Shown piece by piece: positions 28,552 through 38,990 of a DNA stretch of 64,000 bases (the stretch's first letter is position 1; each line of letters opens with the position of its first letter). Both the position numbers and the translations under genes were made by a program. Source of the DNA: an uncultured Pseudoalteromonadaceae bacterium (GTDB lineage: Bacteria > Pseudomonadota > Gammaproteobacteria > Enterobacterales > Alteromonadaceae); contig CAZXIN010000003.1 of the NCBI GenBank assembly GCA_964640795.1, positions 60,262-124,261 on the forward strand. The letters are read 5' to 3'. Below the pieces are notes generated by a model. The model was not told where the DNA came from. It worked only from the letters and a program-made list of their open reading frames with translations, and made no database searches.

Positions 28552-29046
28552 TTGATTATTTCGCAAACTCAATACACATTAGTCAAAGCAGGTGTTAGTC
28601 ATATGCCTGTGGTTATGGAATGGCTAGGTTCCGCTGAGGAATTACTTTTGTGGGGAGGTCCTGGCTTGATTTATGGGCTTGATGCAGAAGGGTTTGCTGA
28701 ACAAATTAGACTGGATGAGGTTAACTCTTGGGTTTTGCAGAATAACCAGAAGGGCATTGTGGGCTTCGGTCAATATTATGAGCGATTGGATCGTATCCAT
28801 TTTGGCAGGATAGGTATTGATAAAGCCAAAAGAGGGGAAGGTTTAAGTCATGTCCTGATGTCTAAGTTGATCAATGAAGCAACAAAAAATGATAACCGAG
28901 AGATGTCTTTATTTGTCATGCGAGACAATATTCCGGCAGTCAAGTGTTATGAGAGACTTGGCTTTTTTGTGAGTCAATATCCAGACGCAATGCCAGACGG
29001 TATGAATAATGTTGAGTATAGAGTGAATGATAGAAGCAGAGGATAG
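28552..29046 (+). CDS. GNAT family N-acetyltransferase
   Basis: HFGRIGIDKAKRGEGLS motif A; NIPAVKCYERLGF motif B. Confidence 0.88.
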   Translation: MIISQTQYTLVKAGVSHMPVVMEWLGSAEELLLWGGPGLIYGLDAEGFAEQIRLDEVNSWVLQNNQKGIVGFGQYYERLDRIHFGRIGIDKAKRGEGLSHVLMSKLINEATKNDNREMSLFVMRDNIPAVKCYERLGFFVSQYPDAMPDGMNNVEYRVNDRSRG

Positions 29047-29105
29047 ACAATCATTAAGAACACCTAATTGTATTAGTTAGAGTGTTACAAGTCGTCTAGG
29101 AGATA

Positions 29106-30437
29106 GTGTTAGCGACTACAACTTTTGAAAGTTTGGAGGGCGTTGTGGCTGAAAAGCATAATCATAGAATCATCGAATCGAAAGAGCGGCGACAAGCTAT
29201 CAAACTTGGCTTGAAGGCGGGTGCCGCCGCAAGCTTGGCTACAGTTGCCCCATTTGCTATCGGTAAAGGGAAGCCTAAGCTCCGTATATTGGGAACTCAT
29301 GTCACGTTACAAGACGAGCTGTGTCAAAGGGCGATGCAAGATCTCGGTATCGACCTTGTTTATGAGCCTAAAGGGAGTGCTGCGGTATTACAAAAAGCGT
29401 TTGTGTCTCCGGACACCTTTGATTTGTTTGAGCAATGGTCAAACAGTATTCGCGTCCTATTGCGCTCCGGTGCGATTCAACCTATCGACAAAAAACGACT
29501 AACCTATTGGGATGAAATAAACCCATTAACTAAAACCGGTAAGGTAACACCAGAAGCTAATATAGGTGATGGAGACGCACCTTATAAAATACTGCATATT
29601 CAAGATGACAATCAATTAGGCACACAACATACCGATAAACTGAGCTTCTTACCTTATGTACACAATGTTGATTCTTTTGGCTACAACACCAACGTCATAG
29701 AAAAAGGTGTCCCTTATGAGACTGAAAGCTGGGGATGGTTACTAGACCCTAAATATGCAGGGAAAGTCGGCATTGTAAACGCACCTTCTATCGGCATATT
29801 TGACTTAGCATTAGCGGCTCAAGCTAGAGGGCTAGTCACGTTCAAAAATATAGGTGCGATGTCGAAGAGCGAACTTGATCAGCTCTTCCGAGTATTAGTC
29901 GATTTAAAGCAGAAGAATCACTTTAGTGGTTTTTGGACATCGGTCCCTGAATCTGTAAGGTTTATGAAAACGAATCGAGTGGTTATCGAAAGTATGTTTT
30001 CGCCTGCCGTTTCGGCATTAAATGGCGAGAACATTCCGGTCACCTTTGCAGCGCCTAAAGAGGGCTATAGAGGTTGGCATGGTGTAATGTGCTTGTCATC
30101 GCGGACGCAAGGACGTGTAAAAGATGTGGCATATGAATACATGAATTGGTGGCTTTCTGGGTGGCCAGGGGCTTTTATTGCTCGCCAAGGTTATTACATA
30201 TCTAATCCCAATCGCTCAAAGCAATATCTCAGTGAGGCCGAATGGAACTATTGGTATCAGGGATTACCAGCCTCAGAAACATTAGTCGGGACAGATGGCA
30301 ATGTGTCTGTTCAAAAAGGCGAAGTGCGAACGGGCGGCAGTTACGAGAAACGGTTTAGTAATGTCGCTGTATGGAATACAGTTATGCCGACATACGATTA
30401 CAGTTTGCAAAAATGGTATGAATTTATTAGTTCTTAA
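29106..30437 (+). CDS. PotD/PotF-like extracellular solute-binding protein with twin-arginine signal (likely start GTG 29145)
   Basis: ERRQAIK + hydrophobic stretch; PYVHNVDSFGYN, SWGWLLDP, FAAPKEGYRGW; GGAGG RBS before 29145. Confidence 0.85.
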   Translation: MLATTTFESLEGVVAEKHNHRIIESKERRQAIKLGLKAGAAASLATVAPFAIGKGKPKLRILGTHVTLQDELCQRAMQDLGIDLVYEPKGSAAVLQKAFVSPDTFDLFEQWSNSIRVLLRSGAIQPIDKKRLTYWDEINPLTKTGKVTPEANIGDGDAPYKILHIQDDNQLGTQHTDKLSFLPYVHNVDSFGYNTNVIEKGVPYETESWGWLLDPKYAGKVGIVNAPSIGIFDLALAAQARGLVTFKNIGAMSKSELDQLFRVLVDLKQKNHFSGFWTSVPESVRFMKTNRVVIESMFSPAVSALNGENIPVTFAAPKEGYRGWHGVMCLSSRTQGRVKDVAYEYMNWWLSGWPGAFIARQGYYISNPNRSKQYLSEAEWNYWYQGLPASETLVGTDGNVSVQKGEVRTGGSYEKRFSNVAVWNTVMPTYDYSLQKWYEFISS

Positions 30438-30534
30438 GCAACTAGCTGAAAATTATCTTGACGTAGAATGACTATGCCTTCGATAATCTCCATTGCCTAA
30501 AGAGCGTTTAAATCCAACTGAATGATGCCAATTT

Positions 30535-33264
30535 ATGCTTATTCAGCTATACCCAATATTGAGGCGTTTAATGCTCACATCTCTGAAGTCACAAGTGACA
30601 GTTTTCCTTGTATTACTGATCACGTTGTTGTCCACGCAACTTGTGCTAACTCGAATAGATCAAGTGTCGCTTATCGAAGATCTCCAGACCGCAGAACGTG
30701 TCTTTATTGATGCTGGTCTTGTTAGGGAGCTTGAAAGAGATGTGTATGACTTGCAGAGAAATGTACTGATCTATAAAGAAACTGCGAGTGAGTCTGTTGA
30801 AGTGCGTTTTTCCGTTTTGATGGACTCTATTAACGAAAAAATTGAGCAACTTAGACTGCCACTGAATGAGCAGGATGAAGGCGCTGACAGGTTAGCCATG
30901 TTGGGCTCGATGCAATCTCACTTAGTTGATTATAAAGAGAATTTTAACAGCGTGGTTGACGGCCTAGAACAGCGATCAAAGTTGTTTGATGAAGGCTTGT
31001 TAGTCGAACTAGACGCGTTGATCAATTTTATAGGTAATATTGATGAGCAGATGGAAACGGGAGATAACGCATCTACCTTGGCTATTCAATACCATGTCGC
31101 CCGAGCAGAAAATGCAGCTTTTCAATATTTACTTAACCCTAGCATTGATCATTTCGAAGAGTTTGAAAAACAAATTCAATATACTGAACAGGTGTTAAGT
31201 AAGCTCCCTGCCTCAAGTGTTTATACTGACAATATTAGAAATTCATTAAAGCAAGTCGATGCGCACTTCGTTCAATTGACTCTGATCACGCGAGGTTACT
31301 TGTATTTAGTAAACGTGGTCATGGCAGGTTCGGCAAATGAGTTTCTGTTCTTAACGTCTCAATTGGCAGAAAGTGTCGTTGAGCAATCAGATATTACAAA
31401 TCAGCAAGTGCTACGCAATATTAATAGCGCTCAGTTTAGGAGTAATATTTTTGCTGCGTTTGAAATATTACTTGTCGTTGCGACAGCAATATTTATGGGG
31501 GTGCGGGTTATCCTTCCTATTAGTTCTATGTCTGAAATTTTTGAGAACCTGATTAAGGGCAAAGACTTTGTGCAAACCCCTGCATTTTCTCGAAGTGATG
31601 AAATGCGACGTTTGTTAGAAGCAGCGAAGGTTTTTAATGACAAAAATATCCAAACTCATGCCTTGCTTGAAGATGCGACTAAACTTAACGCGCAGCAAGA
31701 AGAATTAAATAAGCAGCTTGAGCATTCCAAAATGAATGCGGAGAAAGCAGCAAATTCAAAAAGTATTTTTCTAGCTAATATGAGCCATGAAATTCGTACG
31801 CCTATGAATGGTATTGTTGGTCTGGTGGATTTGGCTTTACGTGAAGAGATACCTAAGAAGCTTCATGACTATCTGAGTAAAGTGGCAGCATCTAGCCAAA
31901 TACTTATGAGCATTATTAACGATATTCTTGATTTCTCTAAAATAGAAGCAGGCAAGATGGATATTGAAACGGTTAGTTTCTCTTTGCATTCTATCTTTGA
32001 CAATGTGCTATCGATAGTGACACTCAAAGCGCGAGAAAAAAACCTAAATGTTAAATTACAAGTACAACCATCACTACCCGGTAACCTGATTGGTGATCCG
32101 TTGCGTATCACGCAGGTTGTTCTTAATTTGACTAATAATGCTGTCAAGTTTACGCGTAATGGCCATGTTCGTATTCGGTTCTATAGTGATTATGCCAAAG
32201 ATAGTAGTGACATGATGCTCTACGTGGATGTGCATGATACAGGGATAGGAATGAGTGAAGCACAGCAAGAAAGGGTGTTTGAGTCGTTTGAACAAGCTGA
32301 CGGCTCGACGAGTCGAGAATATGGTGGAACAGGGCTTGGGCTTGCCATAGTCAAGCAGCTTACCGAGTTGATGGGCGGCACTGTTACTATTAAATCAGAG
32401 CCTAACAAAGGAAGCTCATTCACCGTTAGCTTTGCGATGAAAGTTTTTAAACAGCAACAAGGGCTGTTGGAGTTTGAAGACAAGCTAGCACCGACTCTAT
32501 TCTATGTTACTGATAATGCGTTAATGTGCGATGATTACCTCGTCTCTTTTGCAAAGGCTGTGGTACCAGTATCTCTCAATGAGTTGCCCAACCTGAAAGA
32601 CCGAGTACAGACAGATGATATCGTACTCATTGATGCATTCTCTGTGGCTTATATTAAAAAACATGAGGCAGCCATTGAAGAGCTTGTCTCAAGTAAACTT
32701 CATATAGGCTTTGTGACCGATACACAGCCAACGCAATTACCCATGCAGTTAAAAACACGTTGGGGTTTTCCTGTTCTTAGTCAACCATTTGCACCGAACC
32801 AATTGATTGAGTTTTTTGAGATGACATTGGGGCAGACGCCAGAAGATAAAATCCCAGAAACGTCAATTGTCGAAGGGCTGGACTCGGATAAAAAGTTTGT
32901 TGGGCATGCATTATTGGTTGAAGATAATAGTATTAATCAAGTAGTGGCAGGGGAAATGCTCACTTCACTAGGTATGACATATGAAATTGCAGAAGATGGT
33001 CGACAAGCAGTTACAAAGATTACTAATTCGCCACATTACGATATTGTGTTAATGGATATACAAATGCCTATTATGGATGGTTATGAAGCCACCTCTATTA
33101 TCCGGGAATTAGGTTACAAGACTATTCCTATTTGTGGCTTGTCGGCTAACGCAATGAGAAAAGACAAGGAAAAAGCTGAAGAAGTCGGCATGAATGATTA
33201 TCTGATCAAGCCGCTTAAGCGAATTAAACTTATTGAAGTACTAGATAAGTACTTCTCGCTTTAG
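30535..33264 (+). CDS. Hybrid sensor histidine kinase/response regulator
   Basis: Two TMs around a helical periplasmic domain, HAMP-like linker, [38 protein letters not shown], receiver LVEDN...LMDIQMP...KP. Confidence 0.93.
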   Translation: MLIQLYPILRRLMLTSLKSQVTVFLVLLITLLSTQLVLTRIDQVSLIEDLQTAERVFIDAGLVRELERDVYDLQRNVLIYKETASESVEVRFSVLMDSINEKIEQLRLPLNEQDEGADRLAMLGSMQSHLVDYKENFNSVVDGLEQRSKLFDEGLLVELDALINFIGNIDEQMETGDNASTLAIQYHVARAENAAFQYLLNPSIDHFEEFEKQIQYTEQVLSKLPASSVYTDNIRNSLKQVDAHFVQLTLITRGYLYLVNVVMAGSANEFLFLTSQLAESVVEQSDITNQQVLRNINSAQFRSNIFAAFEILLVVATAIFMGVRVILPISSMSEIFENLIKGKDFVQTPAFSRSDEMRRLLEAAKVFNDKNIQTHALLEDATKLNAQQEELNKQLEHSKMNAEKAANSKSIFLANMSHEIRTPMNGIVGLVDLALREEIPKKLHDYLSKVAASSQILMSIINDILDFSKIEAGKMDIETVSFSLHSIFDNVLSIVTLKAREKNLNVKLQVQPSLPGNLIGDPLRITQVVLNLTNNAVKFTRNGHVRIRFYSDYAKDSSDMMLYVDVHDTGIGMSEAQQERVFESFEQADGSTSREYGGTGLGLAIVKQLTELMGGTVTIKSEPNKGSSFTVSFAMKVFKQQQGLLEFEDKLAPTLFYVTDNALMCDDYLVSFAKAVVPVSLNELPNLKDRVQTDDIVLIDAFSVAYIKKHEAAIEELVSSKLHIGFVTDTQPTQLPMQLKTRWGFPVLSQPFAPNQLIEFFEMTLGQTPEDKIPETSIVEGLDSDKKFVGHALLVEDNSINQVVAGEMLTSLGMTYEIAEDGRQAVTKITNSPHYDIVLMDIQMPIMDGYEATSIIRELGYKTIPICGLSANAMRKDKEKAEEVGMNDYLIKPLKRIKLIEVLDKYFSL

Positions 33265-33289
33265 TATGTGTTGTTTGCTTATTGGGTAT

Positions 33290-33329
33290 TCGCGAATGAA
33301 TTCATTCCTACAAAATGAATGTCATTCGC
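33290..33329. repeat. GTAG-class REP-like sequence between convergent genes
   Basis: Reverse complement reads TGTAGGAATGAATTCATTCGCGA; forms a hairpin with the adjacent AATGAATGTCATTCGC. Confidence 0.55.
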
Positions 33330-33391
33330 TTTAGCAACAGTTCATAAATAAATCCGTTTCCACATGAGAACTCAGCAAGCTTCAATAAGTG

Positions 33392-35071
33392 TTATTTAGT
33401 GAACACTTTTTTACCTGCAATCCATGTTTGTAGTACTTCTGGCTGCCACAGTTGTTCATTTGGAATGGTAAATATGTCTTTGTCTATCAGAATAAAATCA
33501 GCCCACTTTCCTTTGGTTAAACCACCCAGTACCTTATCCTGATGCCCTGCGTAGGCAGCGTCAAGAGTAAAAGATTTGAAGGCTTGATAAACAGTCATTT
33601 TCTCTTCGGGCAGCCAACCTTGTTTTGGTTGATTTTCACGATCTTGGCGTGTCACCGCAGCATGTAAACCAAAGAACGGGTTGGCTAACTCGACAGGGAA
33701 GTCAGAACCAGATGCAACTCGAGAGCCTTGGTTTAAGAATGTTTGCCAAGCATAGGCGCCACGCAAGCGTTCTTCACCTAGTCGGTCACCAGCCATGTTT
33801 TTATCACTGGTAGCATGGGTGGGTTGCATAGCGGGGACAATACCGATTTGTTTAAAACGAGGAATATCAGAAGGGTTAATGATTTGCGCATGCTCAACGC
33901 GATTGCGGAGATTCTTACCCCCCAGCCTATTGATAGTATCTTCAAATTGATCCAGTGCTAACCGGTTTGCTCGGTCGCCTATGGCGTGGAAATTTAGCTG
34001 AAAATTGCTGCCGATAACGGTATCAAATAATGACTTTAAGTCTTGTTGCTTAGTCACCAATAAACCAACATTATGAGGATCGTCATGGTATGGCGCTAAT
34101 AAAGCAGCGCCTCTGCTCCCTAGTGCTCCGTCACCATAAGCTTTTACACTGCGAATGGACAAAAAGTCACCTTTATCTTTTATGTGGCCTTCTTTCAGCA
34201 TGTTTCTAAGTTCAGGATCCGTTGCAGCCAGCATGGCGTAGATTCTGATCGGTAGCTTATTTTGTTCTGTTTTCGCTCGATAAAAGTCATAAACTTGCTT
34301 ACTGATGCCTGCGTCATGCGTGCTGGTGACACCCAAAGACAACAAATGCTTTCCCGCCGTATTGAGCGATAAAGCCAAAGTTGACTCTGACGTTTCTGGG
34401 ATAAGTTTGTCTACTAATGATGTTGCATTGTCGACCAACACACCGGTTGGTTCTCCGTTGGCGTCACGAATAATTAAGCCACCGGGAGGATCAAGCGTAT
34501 CTTTAGTGATCCCAGCAAGCTCAAGCGCTTTGGTATTGACCCATGTTGCATGACTGTCTACGCGAGCTAACATGACAGGTTTGTTGCTCACATACTCATC
34601 AAGATCTTTGGCTGTTGGAAATTCTTTTCCTGGCCATAGAACTTGGTTCCAGCCCCGTCCCATTATAATAGCCAAGTCAGGGTTAGCATCAGCGTATTGC
34701 TTAACTTGCTTCGCTGCATCTTTTGCCGAACCTAAGCTACGAACATCCACTTGCAGTAAATTTTCGCCTAATCGCAATACGTGGCCATGTGAATCTATTA
34801 AACCGGGGAGTAACGTTTTCTGACCGCCATCAATGACTGTGGCGTTGGGGTATTGCTCAATCAGCAAGTTATCGCCAATTGAAAGGACCTTACCCTCTTC
34901 AAAAACTAAGGTACTGAACTGAATGAATTCGCCAGCATTGCCGAAGGTATATCCTCTGACATTAGATATTGCTGTTGGCTCAGCAAATGTTGCAGTGCTG
35001 GCGATTGAGAGGCAAAGTGAGATCGCAAGTTTTTTAAAATTGATTTTTTTCATTGCTAATTTCATAGGCAT
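33392..35071 (-). CDS. YtcJ-like amidohydrolase (exported)
   Basis: Signal peptide; LPGLIDSHGH, RVDSHATWVN, DGALGSRGAAL, FHAIGDRAN, RVEHAQ, GSDFPV. Confidence 0.92.
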   Translation of the reverse strand: MPMKLAMKKINFKKLAISLCLSIASTATFAEPTAISNVRGYTFGNAGEFIQFSTLVFEEGKVLSIGDNLLIEQYPNATVIDGGQKTLLPGLIDSHGHVLRLGENLLQVDVRSLGSAKDAAKQVKQYADANPDLAIIMGRGWNQVLWPGKEFPTAKDLDEYVSNKPVMLARVDSHATWVNTKALELAGITKDTLDPPGGLIIRDANGEPTGVLVDNATSLVDKLIPETSESTLALSLNTAGKHLLSLGVTSTHDAGISKQVYDFYRAKTEQNKLPIRIYAMLAATDPELRNMLKEGHIKDKGDFLSIRSVKAYGDGALGSRGAALLAPYHDDPHNVGLLVTKQQDLKSLFDTVIGSNFQLNFHAIGDRANRLALDQFEDTINRLGGKNLRNRVEHAQIINPSDIPRFKQIGIVPAMQPTHATSDKNMAGDRLGEERLRGAYAWQTFLNQGSRVASGSDFPVELANPFFGLHAAVTRQDRENQPKQGWLPEEKMTVYQAFKSFTLDAAYAGHQDKVLGGLTKGKWADFILIDKDIFTIPNEQLWQPEVLQTWIAGKKVFTK

Positions 35072-35227
35072 TTTAAATAGTGAGACACAACATGCAGCAT
35101 GTGAGAGGCGAGTTCAACTTTTTTGTTAAATCAGCTCGCTGGCTGCGTGTGTTCTTTACTTGGCACAATATGCCTTCATCCATTCGCCTTGCCTCAATGC
35201 CTTTTAATGCCAGCTGAACATCGTAAA

Positions 35228-35662
35228 TTAAGTTGATAATGAGTCTAAATGTTGTTGGCAAATTTGAATTAACAACGTGAGGTCAACACTGCCAGAGGTT
35301 TTGTAAATCATTGACTGATTTAACATGACAAGTGCTACAGATTCGTCGTTAATCAATGATAAGCCTTGTTTAAATCGGCGCCTCTCCCTTCCTGACATAT
35401 CGGTGTATGGTTTCTTGTTGTGCACTCCATTGAGATCAATTAATGCAATATCCAGTCGTTGAATATGATGCGCCAACTGTGCTGCTTGATTTTCGAAGAC
35501 ACTTTGGCTATCGCCTTTGAGACTGTATATTATCTGGCAACGACCATCGCTCTGTATGGATGCTGCCCAAGCATTATTCCAAAACATTAAGCCGAAAATA
35601 GCAGTGAAACAGTATCGCATAAAGCTCAGCTCGTTATTTGGCTTACCTAGGTTATTCATCAT
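35228..35662 (-). CDS. Hypothetical exported protein (weak DUF4174-like)
   Basis: Signal-like MRYCFTAIFGLMFWNNAWA; thioredoxin-like spacing but no clear motif. Confidence 0.55.
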   Translation of the reverse strand: MMNNLGKPNNELSFMRYCFTAIFGLMFWNNAWAASIQSDGRCQIIYSLKGDSQSVFENQAAQLAHHIQRLDIALIDLNGVHNKKPYTDMSGRERRRFKQGLSLINDESVALVMLNQSMIYKTSGSVDLTLLIQICQQHLDSLST

Positions 35663-36710
35663 GATGAAGACTAGGTGTGTGTTGTAAATGGTTTTCTTGC
35701 CACAATGTTTGCATTTTCAGGTGGTCAATGTTCCCACCTGACAGAATAACGACAACGCGTTGTTTGGTTTTCTTTGTTTTTAACCACTGAGTTACCGCTG
35801 CCATCGCCATCGCACTGGTGGGCTCAACATGCGCTTTCAGTAGGTGCTGTAGCCACTGAGTCCAATAAGCAATACTGGGCTCGTCAATTTCGTAAAAGTT
35901 ATCTAATTGCTGTAAAAAAGGAAAAGTAATATTGCCAACGGCTAACGTTGCGGCGCCGTCAGCTAATGTTTTAGGTGATTCTGATAAACGTTGAATAACA
36001 CCTTGGCGAATAGATTCAGCTGCGTCATTGCCGGCAAGTGGCTCTGCACCTATAACTTCAGCTTTGGGACTCGTAGCTCTCGTCGCCAGTAAAGTGCCGG
36101 ATAGCAGTCCACCGCCTCCACAGGGGGCACAAACACAATCGACTTCTCCAGTTTCTTGTAAAGCCTCTAGGGCAGCAGTTCCTTGCCCGCAAACTATTTG
36201 TTCATGATTGAAAGGCGGAATCCAGTAAGTTCCCTTTTCTTCAGAAGCCGCCACGACTTGCTCATCTGCTTCTTTTCGGGTGTCGAAAATTTTTAGATCA
36301 GCACCATAAAATTGTGTTGCGGCGGCTTTCACGCCCGATATATTCGCTGCGCTATAGATAGTGGCAGGTAAGTTAAATAATTTAGAAGCAAGTGATACCC
36401 CTTGTGCGTGGTTACCTGAGCTGTTAGCAATAATGCGCTCTGGTTGTTGTCCTGTTTCCTTTAACCACGACAAAATATTTGATGCACCGCGCATTTTGAA
36501 AGCGCCTGTCTTTTGGAAGCATTCTGCTTTAAAAATAATCTCATGACCTAGCCACTGATTTAGTAAAGCGGATTGTAGGAGCGGTGTTTTTACAATATAA
36601 GGTGCGATACGTTGCTGTGCTGCAGTAATATCTTTAATGCTCAACTTGGACATAGGTGTAATGTAATAATGCTCTCTTGAAATAGCCATATACCTTAGCA
36701 TGAGGGACAT
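35652..36710 (-). CDS. PLP-dependent serine/threonine dehydratase (likely start near 36653, MSKLSIKDI)
   Basis: FKAECFQKTGAFKMRGA PLP lysine, SSGNHAQG, GQGT, PCGGGGL, LSGGN. Confidence 0.92.
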   Translation of the reverse strand: MSLMLRYMAISREHYYITPMSKLSIKDITAAQQRIAPYIVKTPLLQSALLNQWLGHEIIFKAECFQKTGAFKMRGASNILSWLKETGQQPERIIANSSGNHAQGVSLASKLFNLPATIYSAANISGVKAAATQFYGADLKIFDTRKEADEQVVAASEEKGTYWIPPFNHEQIVCGQGTAALEALQETGEVDCVCAPCGGGGLLSGTLLATRATSPKAEVIGAEPLAGNDAAESIRQGVIQRLSESPKTLADGAATLAVGNITFPFLQQLDNFYEIDEPSIAYWTQWLQHLLKAHVEPTSAMAMAAVTQWLKTKKTKQRVVVILSGGNIDHLKMQTLWQENHLQHTPSLHHDE

Positions 36711-36793
36711 GAAATGGCATTAATTAGGACGCCTTTTATACCTGTATATGGTGTACACTCAAGAGGATACTTATTCAACTATGAGAGGGTGAT

Positions 36794-37168
36794 ATGGGGT
36801 TTTTAGATGGTTTGATTGGTAACGCGTCTGAAGTCAGTGTTGATGAGGTAGCTGAGGAGTTCGCACCCATTTTGGGTGAGGGTGAAAGCTTGCAACAAGT
36901 GTTTAAAGAAATACGCGACATGTATTTGTTTACCAATTACAGGCTAATATTGGTGGACAAACAAGGCTTGACAGGTAAGAAGGTAGATTATCATTCCATT
37001 CCTTATCGAGCGATCACGAACTTTATTGTTGAAACCGCTGGCCATTTTGACTTGGACGCTGAGTTGAAGTTATGGATTTCCGGCAGAGATGAGCCGATTG
37101 AGAAAGAGCTAAAGAAAGGTTCTGTTATCGGAATTCAGAAGACATTAGCGACTTGGATGTTTAATTAA
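36794..37168 (+). CDS. Bacterial PH-domain protein
   Basis: IRDMYLFTNYRLILVDKQGLTGKKVDYHSIPY...ETAGHFDLDAELKLW. Confidence 0.9.
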   Translation: MGFLDGLIGNASEVSVDEVAEEFAPILGEGESLQQVFKEIRDMYLFTNYRLILVDKQGLTGKKVDYHSIPYRAITNFIVETAGHFDLDAELKLWISGRDEPIEKELKKGSVIGIQKTLATWMFN

Positions 37169-37235
37169 CCTCGGCTATCCATGTGAAACTCTATAGGAGC
37201 CTTTAAACGCCGAGTGAATTATTGTGGCAATGCTG

Positions 37236-37685
37236 TTAGCGTCGCCTTACTGTGAAACCTTTTCCTTTAGGTTGCCTAAGATCGACAACGACAGGTTTGC
37301 CACCAAAACCGTGCTGATTGCACTTGGCACGAACAACGACTTGCGTAAGCTCATCTGGAATATTAATACCACATTGGCTACGAGTGAAGGGTTGTTCATT
37401 GTCGTGGGGGTGGGCGAGCGGTCGCTCACCGAGTTGATTACCATTAAGGTCGGTGACTTCCCAACCATCAGCATAGTGCCCCCAACTTTGATCATTATGC
37501 CGTACGCTCGTATGGAAACACCAGCTTGTATCATTTCGCTGGACGGCTTTTACTCTAATAACTTGCGCGTAATCTAAAGACGTTGAGAAGCTTTCGACAT
37601 CAAATTCAGTTGCCGAGAGTGTGAATGGAAGGAAGGTTAATATGAGGAGTGCTCTCACTTTCATTAACTTCATATTATTTACCAA
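37236..37685 (-). CDS. Conserved exported hypothetical protein with His/Cys motifs
   Basis: Signal peptide; HND..WGHYADGW, LAHPHDNEQPFTRS, RAKCNQHG. Confidence 0.8.
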   Translation of the reverse strand: MVNNMKLMKVRALLILTFLPFTLSATEFDVESFSTSLDYAQVIRVKAVQRNDTSWCFHTSVRHNDQSWGHYADGWEVTDLNGNQLGERPLAHPHDNEQPFTRSQCGINIPDELTQVVVRAKCNQHGFGGKPVVVDLRQPKGKGFTVRRR

Positions 37686-37697
37686 CGCCTTAGATGA

Positions 37698-38045
37698 TCA
37701 GTTATACGCTTTATTAGATGTTAAGTTAGCTAAGCCTTTTATAATTTTATAGACAGACCAAATCCAAACACCAAGCAGAATGAAGTAGCCGATAAAAATG
37801 ACGAATAAAATAGTCCCTATAATTGATAGACCAAAGCCCCACCAGAATGTTTTGACAATATTGGTGTAATGATCTTCGAAAAGAGTACCCGCAGCGTCAT
37901 CTTTTTTTACCATGGCCCATATGGCACCTATAATCCAAAATATCCCAGTGAATAAGCCGAGTACCATTAAGCCGTAGGCAATAAGAGCATTTGTTTTGGC
38001 GATGTCATCTTTTGCCGAAAGCGTGACTGTTTGTGGGTCTGACAT
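37698..38045 (-). CDS. DUF4870-like membrane protein
   Basis: IAYGL...GAIWAMVKKDDA...HY....TFWW...WSVYKIIKGL. Confidence 0.8.
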   Translation of the reverse strand: MSDPQTVTLSAKDDIAKTNALIAYGLMVLGLFTGIFWIIGAIWAMVKKDDAAGTLFEDHYTNIVKTFWWGFGLSIIGTILFVIFIGYFILLGVWIWSVYKIIKGLANLTSNKAYN

Positions 38046-38264
38046 AGTCTTCCTCTGTTGTTATTTGATCCAGTCAATTTAAGGTTAACAGGGACAATGA
38101 CAGAATGAAAAACAAAACTTGCTTCTCCGATGAGTGTATATGGTTTTGAATTGGCAGTAGAAACAAATCAACCTTAGGTTGGCATAAACCGAAGCTTGGC
38201 TTAAAGGATAGGACATCATAATGTCACTAAAATGAGTGGGCTTTCTTCAATACGTTGAGGTTAA

Positions 38265-38891
38265 TCAACAGGCCTTAGCAGATGACATCAGTCCAAGCGA
38301 GCGTTTCTCTAAGTCTTCAAAAAAGGCCATCCATTCCTCAGTACCATCTTCGTGTTTATGAATCATATGAGGGGCATTGATAAAATGAATGCCAAGTGTT
38401 TGCCACTTTGCATAAGTTTCTTGGATATCTTGCACCTTTAAGTACAGTATCGATTCTGATGGATTAACTTGCTCGCTTTCAGAAAGCATTATCCGTGTAC
38501 CGTCTATTTCAAAGAATGCCAGTTTGTCAAAGGTGTATAGATGTTTTAATTGAAGCACCTCTTTATACCATTTTTCTGAGGCTTCTATATTTTTAACACT
38601 TCTAGCAATTTGTCCTAGGCTGATCACTGGGTTTGTATTCGACATGATACTTTGTCCTCTTGTTATTGAGCTATCAATAGGCGCGCCATGCCAATGTTTA
38701 AGCGCTTTTTTATTCTCTAAACCAAGCTTGGCGATAGCATTCGCAACGTGATATTTCACGCCGTCCAAACTGATTTTTTCTAACGTCGCTATCTCTTGAT
38801 TCTTTAGGCCATGTCTAACAGCATTGACGATACGCCATTCGGATGGCGTTAATCGATCATTGTGTGGCGGTCGTCCGCGAGGCTTCTTCAT
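38265..38891 (-). CDS. LuxR-type HTH fused to a VOC/glyoxalase domain
   Basis: LTPSEWRIVNAVRHGLKNQEIA...VKYHVANAIAKLG, then LGQIARSVKNIEASEKWY...MAFFEDLEKRSLGLM. Confidence 0.85.
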   Translation of the reverse strand: MKKPRGRPPHNDRLTPSEWRIVNAVRHGLKNQEIATLEKISLDGVKYHVANAIAKLGLENKKALKHWHGAPIDSSITRGQSIMSNTNPVISLGQIARSVKNIEASEKWYKEVLQLKHLYTFDKLAFFEIDGTRIMLSESEQVNPSESILYLKVQDIQETYAKWQTLGIHFINAPHMIHKHEDGTEEWMAFFEDLEKRSLGLMSSAKAC

Positions 38892-38990
38892 AACGTTAAT
38901 TTACAATGTTAAAGCAGTATTTTCCCTCCCCTTTTTGTAAAAAGAGTGAGTTAGTGCATTATTGATACAACAGTATCTATTGAGAAAAAG

